Assembly (NCBI RefSeq): GCF_018977255.1
Contig: NW_024704766.1
Location: 5,580,001-5,644,000 of the forward strand
Length of the DNA: 64,000 nucleotides
Reading direction: 5' to 3'
DNA from: Callorhinchus milii
Lineage: Eukaryota
The notes below the pieces were generated by a model. The model was not told where the DNA came from. It did not search any database and worked only from the letters and a program-made list of their open reading frames with translations. Of the stretch, positions 52,897-64,000 are shown piece after piece. The position numbers and the translations under genes were made by a program. The first letter of the stretch is position 1; each line of letters starts with the position of its first letter.

Positions 52897-53359
52897 AGCC
52901 AATCGAGGCGCTCTGCTTATGCCTGGATCTCACAACGTTTCAATTACAACTCAACTAACGTTTCTGCCTGTACTGAGGGAAATGACAAGATCAAATCCGT
53001 ACAGTTAACCTTACTCTATCATGATTCATTATTCAGGTTGTGTGTTAAGTGTAAATGTCGAACTACATCTAGGCTTTTGGATGACCCAAGAACCAAATGA
53101 TGGTGTTCGCAAGCTGGTAAGAGGGTCTAGGGGAGAGATCCATAAGCAGCAATCACCGTCAGTTGAGTAATGATCCCAGTTATTAATTGCTTATTAACGC
53201 TTGTGCAGAAATATACCAGTCTTCAAATAGGTAATTAAAGACCACGCTTTATATTCAGTTGCTTTATATGGCCATTGGCTACAGGGCATACATACTTAAT
53301 AGGTTTAGCAAAACGAAGTAACTAGAGCTTGATAATGAGTTTGCCATCAATATGAGAGC

Positions 53360-53620
53360 CATGGCTGACGTTCCAGTGAAGTGCTGAGGGGGAGCGAAGC
53401 ATTGTCGGAGGTGCCATCCTTTAGGACCAGACGTTAAACCGAGATCCCTTCTGCGCCTGTTCAGGTGGACGTTAAAGATCCCGAATCAAAGAGAGAAAGG
53501 AGTGTCTGACTGGCCAATAGTCCTCATTATATTTGTCTGCGTATCGTGATTGTGGGCAAAGTGCCTACAATACACAGTCACTACATTTGACAGCAGTTGG
53601 CTGTCAAGGTTTTTGCTGTA
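53360..53620 (+). mobile_element. Old SacSINE1/AmnSINE1-like Deu-domain SINE remnant in the bco2 3' UTR
   Basis: ctgagggggagcgaagcattgtcggaggtgccatcctt...gacgttaaaccgag...caggtggacgttaaagatccc resembles the DeuSINE core as recalled. Similar remnants lie at about 7210-7360, 47360-47480 and 54720-54980. Confidence 0.7.
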
Positions 53621-54039
53621 TAATAATTTGAGATAATCATTCCATTATTTCTACCTTTTATACAATATTTGTATCTTGTCAGTTAAAATGTCACACTGTT
53701 TGTAAATAAAAGCTGTATAAAATACCCACACGATTTCTTGCTCTCGTCTTCCACAGGAAGAGAGATAACATTGACCGGAAACTATCATTTTTTCAATCAC
53801 TGAAATGAAGAGCATTTGCTGAGGGAGGGAAAGCAACTCGCGAGCTCTGCTTATCCATTGCATTCGTGAACCAAACTCCCAGGTCTAACTGAAGAGTGAG
53901 GATTTGTTTTCTGATAGGAAGCATCTGGTATCACCCCAGTTGTCCACAGTTGGAGTTGGAAGCTTACTGTGTGAGGCGCTGTGAGCTGTCTATGTGATCC
54001 GCTGTATATCCGCACTGATCACATCTCCGAGTCCTTGAT

Positions 54040-57000
54040 TCATGCACTGGCCTTGTGTATTGAAACATATACAACGTCTTGGTAGTTGTCCATTGGCTCA
54101 TTCTGCTCGGAGCCTCTACTCAGGTTCTGAATGCATGCGTAGGTGATCTCTTCGCTGTCACTCAGTGCCGAGGCAGGGGTTGTGTTGTACTTTTGTGACA
54201 TGGAGTCTGCCGTTTCATTACTAAAGCACTCTGTCACCCCGGACTGCTGAACCTGCTGATGTATATGGCAGAAACAGTGTATGAGAGTCCCGTAGCCTTG
54301 TGGTTAGAGCGTTCTCCTCACAAGGAAGAGGACCCGGGTTTGAGCAAACCAATATTTCCCCCGATCAATCTCTACAGACCATCTAGCAGTATCTATCAAT
54401 CAATTGATTGATCAATCAATATGATCAACCAACCAATCAATTAATCAATCGAGAAGCTTTGAGGAGTGAAGGAACATTGAATATCATATTGTCTACAGGC
54501 ATTGTGGAGAGTGAGACTGGCTTCCTAGTTGAGATGGAGGGGAACAGTCAGCAAGTTCCAAGTTTTTTTTTAAACACAATTAATCTCCCTTTATTTAAAA
54601 TGCCCGGCTCATTTGGTACCACCAAGTTCAGATTTTGAGCTCCTTTAACACTTCCGCACAATACTGATGGGTGGGGTGGTGGGGAAGGGGAGAGGGATGG
54701 GTGGGGGAGACATTGCATTTCATAGGAATCACCCTAAACATGAATCTGAGACTCTGACCGTGCCTGTACAGGTGGACATCGAAGATACCCAAGACCTGAT
54801 TGGATTGGAAGAAGAGAAGGTGTGTCATTTCCTGATGCGTTGACCAACAACCTCTCCGATAAATTGAACAGTGACTTCGCGGTTGTGAGTGGGATGTTTG
54901 CTACGTTCAAAATAGCTGTTGCTTTTTCCTACCAAAAGCACAGTCACTCCATCAGGCAGTGATTACTGTGAAGAGCTTTGAAGAGCTTTTAGCTTATCTA
55001 ACTGAGCCCTGGTCAATCCGGAGGTTGTGCAAGGCCCTAGAGGCAGTGTGGTTGAGAGCAACAAGGATGATCCGCAGAGATGGAAAAGGGGAAGGTATGA
55101 GAATTGGTTAATACTTTGTGGATTCCTGTAGCGTAGTGGTTAGAACACTCGCCTCGCAGAGGAACTGGACTCAATCCCAGGACAGGGTGAAACCTTAGGC
55201 AATTTGCTTTACGCATACACCTCTAATTTACCTAGCAATAAGTAGGAACCCTTATTAATAGGATTATTATTATCATTATTACTTCAGAAACTTGTTGAAA
55301 CGTGAAAAACTAACCTGAGACTCAAAGCTAACAGTCTGGTCTGAAGATCCCCTGGAAAGGAAAGGAAGGAGTTATTTTAGGTTCAGCAAAATGAGTTGAG
55401 CTACATAGTAATAATAATAATACTCCTTCCATTTGATATAGCGCCATATCAGGTCTGCGATACGTCTCAAAGCGCTTCACCGAATAAACTGTAAAGTGAA
55501 TTGACTGTTTTTTGTGGGCGAAACGTAGACTTGCCTTGGGACGTCCTCCCGGCGTGAAAGGTGCTTTACAAAGGCACCTCCCTACCCCTCCAAATACCCC
55601 AAATTGGTTGCTGTGTGTGTGTGTGAGGAGCATTGATAGCACCGATTAGCTGCCGCACTCACCTGTACAACTATTCGGTATCTCGGTCTTCACTTCCCAT
55701 TGACTTTACTTTATAAAAGTAGTGAGACATACAGTTTGTGGGGAGGGACGTTGCTGTGCGCAATTGGCTGCCGTGACTTGCCCACAAAATACACAGGTCA
55801 CTCTGCAGTATATTCTGTGAAGCGCTTTGAGACGTCTCTACGATGTGATAATGTGCTGTATCAAATACAAGGATTCTTCTTTGCATTGTCGCAAAGAGCT
55901 TCACGGGTGTTTATTTTGTGTGAATGACACTGTCTGTAAGTGCAAATTTTTATTGAGTTATCGATCTCAGTTGGGTGGGGGGGTGTGGGGTGGGGGGAGA
56001 ATGGTGCTGCAGTAAAGTTTTTCTGATTAACCTCAGTGTCTTCTCCACTCTCCATCCTTCTGTAAAAGGCAGAGATTGAGAATGTTTTAGCCCAATTATT
56101 TTCCGAGCGTGGTGACCCCGAGATACGAGTCGTGTTGACAATGGAAGATGGCTCTTGGCCCTCCGCAAACAGAAGCGAAATTTCCCACAAGCTGTGATTT
56201 ACTCTATAAACCCCGTCCCACCAGTAACCAGAGTCAGTGGGAAGCTCTAGATCTGGAGAGAGAGCAGAGCATAACAATTCGCCACACCTTAGCAACAGCG
56301 ACCCCTGTTGCTGAGAAAGATAGCGAGAAGGTGGATTTCTCTGCAGTCCAATGTCAGGACTGGAGCTGATCTGACTCCATGTCCTGGAAAGTGCAGCAAC
56401 TTTGACAACTCCGACAAAATCCCTCACTGTAACTTCAACAGGAACCGTCTGTCAAGTGCTTCGAGATGCCTCGATGTTATAGGGGCTGTGTACGGAACCC
56501 GTAGTGGAGTCCTGTAGCTCCTTGGTTAGAAGAGCACTCGACTCGCAAGCGAGAGGCCCCGGGTTCAATTCCCAGCCGGGCGGGGAGAAACGTTGGGCAA
56601 GTTTCCTTACTCCACGCACCTCTCTTTGCCTAGCACTAAGTAGGAACACGGTTGTTAATTGATTGGCGGATCGATTTCTGGAGGTAATAACATTTTGGTC
56701 ATTCGATCCACGACTGTTTATAGGACTCGTGCTGTGCACAATATGCTGCTGAGTTTTGTCCACAAAATACGCCATCAATCCACTTTATAGTATATTCTGT
56801 GAAGCGCTTTGAGACGTCTCAACGACATGATAAGGCACTGTATCAAATGCAAGGGTTATCATTATAATTAACCAAAGATCAGCACAGCCAATGAATCTAC
56901 CGACTGTGAAATAAAACTCGACCAGAGGTGAAATGTTTCTCTTATTAGAGCGAAAGTTTAAAGCTTTTGAAATATCACTCGAATCCTACCTTGACGCTCG

Positions 57001-59247
57001 CACCAGATTCCTGATGTTTGGCAGCGAATGAATGAAAAAAACTGTCGGGAGCAGCACAAAGACTAACAGAAGAATAACGCTGATTTCTACAATCTTCAGG
57101 TCACGCGATGTTGTCTTATTTGAATGACCTGCGATAAACAAAAGTAGGATTGGAGTCAGAGACAGCACACACAAGTCACGACTTATTGATAACCCTGAGA
57201 TTTCATACAATGTATTTCACTGCAAACAAATCTGCGGAAAGACTATTTCAGTGAGCGAGTAGTAAACATATGGAACAGGCTCCCGAGGGAGACAGATGGT
57301 GGAAGCAGAAAGTTTCGATTCTTTCAAGAACAAATGAGATAGATTTCTGTTAGGAAATAATATCTGAGGGATGCAGTAGATAGTTTGGGACATAAATGTA
57401 CCACGATGGTAGAAGGCAAACTGGATGGACTTGTTTCATCTAGCAAATTCTTATGCTCTTCTGTTGGGAGGATGTCTCAAACCGCCTCACGGGATTCATG
57501 TAATGTGTAGTGACTGGTCTTTGCAGGTAAACTTACATGGGCAAATCCCAGAAATTGGCTATTTGTCCCATCGGGTCTGTGCTGGTGTTTTTCCCCGACT
57601 TGAGCTCCCTGGTGAGATTCCGCTCTCCTGCTCGCTCTCCCCCTCCCCGCACCTCCCCCCGCCCCAGCCCACGCCTTCCGATATTCCTCCTCTTCAAGTA
57701 TCTGTCAGATACTAATCCACGAATCACACAGTCACCACTCTTCACAGTAAATGCCGTGGAGCACTTTGAGATGCCTTCTGCATGTAAAAAGGCATAGTAA
57801 ATGGTATTTCAATTCACTTTACATCAGGATATTCTGTGAAGCGCTTTGAGATGTCTTGACACTGCGATAAGGTGCTATGTTGAATGCAAGGATTATTATT
57901 ATTTACACGGAACAGTGTAAGTACAGACCTGTGATGTCCTCGGTCACAGTGGATAGAGTGGCAGGAATCCAGGTGGTAAACTTGTCATCTGAAGGCAAAT
58001 CAAACTATTAAACAAAATTCACATTCCTCTCCTCCCCCACCCCCCTGCACACACACACACACACGCGCCACCACCAACCCACCCCTATCAGGCATAATCA
58101 TTTATTCCAACATTCAAAAAAATTCCTCTTCCAGATGAATCTAAGTCTGTCCGTCCGTCCATTCGTCCGTCTGTCTGGCCACTGCCCGTCCAACCTGTGC
58201 CTAATACACTCCAGAATTAGGTGAGCACATGCATTCCTCCAGTGAGACAAGCAGCGGGAAAGCTTGGCCAGACAGCGCTCCCAATGGCAAGCTCTGTGGG
58301 TTTAACTGGTTAGACTCTAGCAGTTACCCCAACGCACACTCTGGGGTCCCCAAAAGCCTTGGCTCTCGCCAACCTGCGCTTAAAATTTTCGGAATTAGGT
58401 AAGCGGAATGCATCCTTCCAGGGAGAGAGAGAGAGCGAGAGAGAGCGAATGCTGCCTGGACCGCCCCACCATTGGCGGTTGGACCTTCAGCCTCTCCGCT
58501 CCCACCCTTTGGAACTTCATACCACAGTCCCTTCGCCTCGCCCCCTCCTTTGCCGCCTTCAAAGGCCTGTCTCAAGTCTCTCCTCTTTGGTCATCCTGTC
58601 CCCTACCCTGCTCGCCCTCCACTCTTCCCTGACCCTGACTGTCCAGCGCTTTGGGAGATCCTCCCGATGTGTAGATGTCATTTGTTGTTGTTGTTTGGAG
58701 ACGGGGTGGGGTGGGGCGGGAGAGAGAGTTGCCCACCTTGCTTGACGCTGAGAGTCACGACGTTCTGATAATGAGCTGCTCCCTGCTTGATCTTACAGTG
58801 ATAATTGCCGCTGTCGTTTAGCTCCAGGGACCTGATGTACAGGGAAGCGTTTCCTGCCCAGACATTGTTCGAGGCAAAGGAGAATCTCTCGCTCTTCGGA
58901 GGGGAAAGGCAATTGTAAACTACTCCACCGCTGAACATCATTATCTGCAAGAAAATAGGATCGAAGGCTTTCATTAATAGTCCTCGCATTCCAACAGAGA
59001 CCATCGCGCATCGGGAGCTTAACCATTCCCCCCCCAACATTTTCTCTCCAACACTTTACACATAATAATAACAGTGGCTTTTTCTACAACTGCATTCTCA
59101 CCACAGGAGACGTGACGTTTCCAACAAGCATCCATTCGATGTCGAGGTGGTTTTTGGTGTCGACCCCCATGTCAGCCCAACACGGCAACCTCACACCCCT
59201 TCCCTCCACCGCCTGAATCCTCGTGTGGTTCTTAGTCTCCACTACCA
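54040..59247 (-). CDS. CTX-family (CLMP/CAR-like) single V-Ig type I membrane receptor with an ITIM-bearing tail; exons 59102-59247, 58737-58944, 57929-57988, 56990-57128, probably 55315-55351, and 54040-54255; leader exon not identified
   Basis: The V domain is split by a phase-0 intron: ...[10 protein letters not shown]...LDIEWML.../[10 protein letters not shown]...[34 protein letters not shown]. It is followed by a Thr-rich stalk, a TM segment [18 protein letters not shown], and a last exon with ITYACI and VVYVSI. Phases 1/0/1/1/2/0 join in frame. Confidence 0.78.
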
Positions 59248-60367
59248 CTGTGTCAAGAGGAACACAGGACACAACGGGTTAAATAATAATAATAATAATT
59301 ATTATCCTTGCATTTGATTCAGCGCCTGTATTTTTTTGAGGGATTATTGTCCATGGAAAGTGAGTGGGTGCTTTCTAGCCAGGGTTCCACAGTGAAGGGG
59401 AGGAGGGGGGGACGTTTCCATCAACAGACATTCATCACGCACACCCACAGGAATTCTCAAAGCCGTCACATTACCCACTGTGAAGTGTAGTGACTGCGTA
59501 TTTTGCGGACAGTTCAGTACCTTTAAGATTAATATTCATCTCATAGATTTTTTTTAGAACCATAGAAATTGGTGGCACAGAAATAGGCCATTCGGGCCAT
59601 CGCAGGAGTCCTGTAGCTCAGTGGTTAGAGCTCTCGCTTTGCAAGCGAGAGATCTGAGTTCAATTCCAGGCAGGACGAAACCTTGGGCAAGTTTCCTTAC
59701 TCCACACGCCTAATAATAATCCCTCCAAAAAAAAAAAACAAAACAATAATAAATTGGTCATTTTCAATCTACGACTGTTTGTGGGACATTGCTGTGCGCA
59801 ATTGGCTGCCGCGTTCGCCCACAAATATACAGTCAATTCACTTTACAGTCTATTCTGTGAAGCGCTTTGGGACGTCCTCCCGACGTGAAAAGCGCTATAT
59901 CAAATGCAAGGATTATTATTATTATTATTATTATCGAGTTTCAGAACAAAACCAATGTTAAACCAATGTACAGAGTGGCCATAAAGTCCTGTTATCCCTT
60001 GGCCTGAATACAATTAAGTGCTGTACTGTACATCTAAACACACTGACCATCTTTGTTCCACATGTTTTCAATTGTTGGTGAATACCATGAGGGTAACAGG
60101 ACTTTGTGGCCACCTTGTACACAAACAACTAATAATAATCTTATAATAATAATTGCATTTGATATAGCGCCTCATCACGTCTTCAAGACGTCTCAAAGCG
60201 CTTCACAGGATACACTGTACAGTGAATTGACTGTGTATTTTGTGGGCGAAATTACATTGATATAGTACTTTTCATGTCGGCTGTTACAGTTTACTTTGAC
60301 GCGTTCCACTTTATCAGCGATGCTTTACATAAGTGCGATACCTCTGTGAGGCCATTTTGTTTCAGCG

Positions 60368-60540
60368 ATGTGTGTCTGAGAGTGTGTGTGTGTGAGTATG
60401 AGAATGTGTGTGTGTGTGAGTGTGTGTGTTTGAGAGTGTGTGTGAGAATCTGTGTGAGTGTGTGTGTGAGAGTGTGTGAGAGAATGTGTCTGAATATGTG
60501 AGTGTGTGAGTGTGTGTGAGGATGTGTGTGTGCGTGTGGG
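60368..60540. repeat. Degenerate (TG)n/(TGAG) microsatellite
   Basis: Seen directly in the sequence. Confidence 0.95.
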
Positions 60541-63500
60541 AGAACTGAAACCGTTTCAGTGTGTTGTTAAACACCTTCAATCACGGTTAACAAAAAAAAA
60601 AAAAATTCTTCTTGAAATGTTGTTTCACATCTCTCGCGTTCTCCCCATCACACCAACGAACTTTGGCTCATTGGCCCTTCTCTCTCTCTCTCTCTCTCTC
60701 TCTGCCTTCACAGCCGGTCCAAACGCCTATCTCTTTGACCGCTTAACAAGCTCATTCGTCCCCCTTTTCTCACGCCTGCTCCAACTGCTCCCCGGGTGGA
60801 AGGCGCCGTGTTATTTTGACCTCAGCAAACAAATCGCAGCAAGTGCTAAAAATAATAATAACCCCGAAAACTGCACTAGCGACGCAAGGCGATTGCAAAA
60901 AAAAAACACACAGACCCCGACACAAATCGTCCACCCGACAAAACTAGGCGTTCGCAACCATTAAGAGATAAGAAATAAGTAAAAAAAATTGTGTGTGTTT
61001 GTGTTTTGTTACGACAAAAACACATACACACACGTCTCACCGGGTGTCCAGCAGAAGAAACAGAATATTATCAGAAAACACCTTTCGTCCATTGTGTTCA
61101 TTCTCCACCGTTCGACTGCGATTACGCTTTGCAGCTTGGATTTCCGCTACTTGGATAGTTTTTTGGGGGGCCGGGCGGGGGGGAGGGGTGGGGTGGAATC
61201 GCCTTTTTCTGGTCGAAGGAGGGCGAGGGGAGGAGGAGTTGGGGCGGGTGGGGGGGCGGGTGGTGCAAACCGTGCTTGAGTTCCCACGGTTCGGTTGATA
61301 GGCTGAGACACGTACAGAGGTTCTGATACCTGGGAGCTTCTCTGGAGGACTGAGTTCAACCGGTGTAGACGCCTTATCTCGATGATGTTGTAAAAAAAAC
61401 CCACATCCGTTTGTTTCATGACGAACGTGTTCCAGAAGTGACCTGGAAAAGCAGGCTCTGATCAGACCTCTGCCTCAACCACAAAGATCCTTGTCTTCGA
61501 CTGTGCCTTCGGCCTCCACCCTTCCTGCCCTCCACCCCTCCTGAACCCAACCCCCAGCTCGGGTTCAGATCCCTGACCGTCCAGCGCCTTGGGACGTCCT
61601 CCTGACGTGAAAGGCGCCGTGTAAATGTCATTTGTTGTTGTTGTTGCTGTCCTCCGGGTCCTGTTGTTGTTTCGTTCGCTCAATTTGTACTGAAACAATA
61701 CTATATAGATATAAAGACTATAAAACGTGTAAAAAACAGAAAAATTCCCACATTCTGCTTTCTACACGTCAAACACTGTTCTTTCTATCCATCCCCACCC
61801 AAAAAAAATTTGGTCACATCTGTTTGTGGGGCACTGCTGTGCACAATTGGCTATCACTTCACTCACAATAAACCCAATCAATTCACTTTACAGTAGATTT
61901 ACAGTAGATCTTGTGAAGCACTTTGAGATGTCTCAACGACGTGATAAGGCACTATATCAAACTCCAGGATTATTATTATTTTCATTATTATTACTGGGGA
62001 AGTAGAGAGAGAGGGGAGGAGGGAGAGAGGAGAGTGCACAATCCTAGTCCAGCACCAGACAACGAGACCAGCAGTGGAGGAGAGGACATTAGATGAAGTA
62101 GAGCAACCGAAATGTCACGCTGTGTGTTAAAAAAACAAATCACCTCTTCTTGCAGAGACGTATTTGCTGTTATTCATCATAGCATTGGTGTGAAACTTTT
62201 ACATTAATTCTATTTGTCTGTGGCTTTCACAGGACGAGCAACTGATGAACTCTGTAGCGGGTAAGTCTTCATACATATTTCACCCACAGCCAGTGTCTTT
62301 CTTTCTGCAACGAATAGATTTGCAAAACCCCTTGCAAGAAGAAGACGGTGGAGAGGGTTACGAAAGAGAAAGTGACCTGTCAGCACAGAGTGATTCACTG
62401 TTAGCGCTTTGTTGGCAGTTGCTCTGATGGTACCTCGCGTGAAGAGTGTGATATAGTATAAATGCTGTGCCTCGTTGTTGGCGTCTCGTTTGTGGGATAC
62501 TGTTGTGTGCAACTGACTGACGCCCACAAGATACACAGTCAATTCACTTTGCACTATATCCTGTGTTGAAGCGACTTGAGATATCTTAATGATGTGTGTG
62601 ATAAGGCGCTATATTATATGGAAGACTTATATTATTATTATGTCATCTTCATCACATCTGACGGACGGATAAATGGGGGGAGGATGTGGTGGTGGAATTA
62701 TAAAAAAATTAAAACCCTGAACTTTTTTTTGGAGTGGGGAGTGGTGTCTTGCAGAATAAAAACTGTCTGATGCGAAATGAGGACATCCTGTGGAGATCTG
62801 CAGGGTAGGGGTTAGCGCGCTCGTCTTGCAAGCGTGAGGACCGGGGTTCGATTCCCAGCCAGGGGGCGAAACACTGGGCAAGTTTCCTTCACTCCACACG
62901 CCTCTGCTTACCTTGCAGTGAGTAGGAACCCGGTTGTTAGTCGATTGGGGTATTGTGATAACCCCTTCAAAAATAACTGATAATAATTTGGTTATTCAAT
63001 CCACCACTGTTTGCTGTGCCCAACTGACTGCCTTGTTCTACCCACAAAATATGCAGTCCATTCACTTTACGCTATGTTGTGTGAAGCGCTTTGAGACGGC
63101 GATCGGACGTGATGAGGCGCTGCATCAAATGTAAGGATTATTATTATTTAATCACCCGTTTAACCGGCTTGTGACTGTCATGTTTCTGCACCGCCACCAG
63201 GTGACGCTACAGCATCACCACTTGCCCCGGGGACCCACACATCATGCGAACAACTTGACATAACGTCTGCAAAGTGTAGTGACTGGGTGTTTTGGAGATG
63301 AACCTGGCAACCGATTCGAGCACAGCGATGGACTGGACGCCACACAAAGAGCCACGGAGTGAGTGGTGAGTGGTGTTATCCGGGGGGAATTGTTGGCCAG
63401 GACACCGGGAGAGAGAAACTCTCTCCTCGTTCTCTTCTCCAAGTTCTGTCGAACGCAAGTAATAATAATATGGAGACTTATCACATCGTTGAGATGTCCC

Positions 63501-63859
63501 AAAGCTCCTTCACAGGATATAATAATCCTTGGGATTTGGTTAAACTGCACATAAGAAAGCATTGTAATAAATTGCCAATAAACGGGGATCAGAGCACAGG
63601 TGATACTGTCACAATCAATATAATCCTCGCATTTGATCCAACGCCTTATCACGTCTTCGCGACGTCTCAAAGCGCTTCACAGGATACACGGTCAAGTGCA
63701 TTCATTCACTGTGCATCTTGTGGGCGAAACGCGGCGGCCAATTGCGTACGGCAGCGTCCCACAAACAGTCGTGGATTGAAAACGACCAATTTGCTTTCTG
63801 TATTTCATTTAGATTAAAAAAAATAATTCTGTAGCCATTCCACATAGATTTATATTTCT

Positions 63860-64000
63860 TAGGCTCTGGAACTCCATCCCCAGTGCCTTCGCCGCTTCTT
63901 CCCTTTCCTCCTTCAAGGCCGGTCTCAAGACCTTTCTCTTTGACCGTCAGCCTTCAGCTCCCTCTCGACTCTCTACCCCCTCCTCGCTCCCTCCCTCCCC
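63860..64000 (+). mobile_element. Young L2 3' fragment running off the right edge
   Basis: Reverse complement of the 39830-39950 family sequence. Confidence 0.85.

Noticed and set aside
54765-54832. Possible extra cytoplasmic exon ([11 protein letters not shown]...)
   Set aside because: It lies in an old SINE remnant and would need a poor GC donor.
61300-62200. Candidate leader exons for the Ig receptor
   Set aside because: None combines an ATG, a hydrophobic signal peptide and a phase-1 donor.

Overview
Vertebrate genomic DNA with introns, not prokaryotic. The tRNA-headed Deu-domain SINEs, L2 and CR1 LINEs suggest a cartilaginous fish, probably a chimaera (inference). Exons were read by hand from GT/AG boundaries and reading phase. 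Left to right: (1) the promoter, exon 1 and exon 2 of sc5d on the minus strand, running off the left edge; (2) a second, 5'-truncated sc5d copy (partial exon 2, exons 3-5), whose 14091-14534 is nearly identical to 1-445; (3) an abrupt junction inside a SINE into the 3' half of a glucuronokinase gene (gkup, +) whose 5' exons are not found; (4) a complete tex12 with a germline-type CpG promoter; (5) a 12-exon bco2 with a 1-nt phase conflict at exon 2/3 and a GC donor; (6) a convergent CTX-family (CLMP/CAR-like) single V-Ig receptor gene whose tail carries two ITIM-like motifs. Most ORFs in the supplied track are repeat-derived noise. The most notable items are the ITIM-bearing Ig receptor and the sc5d/gkup rearrangement, which could be an assembly artefact.
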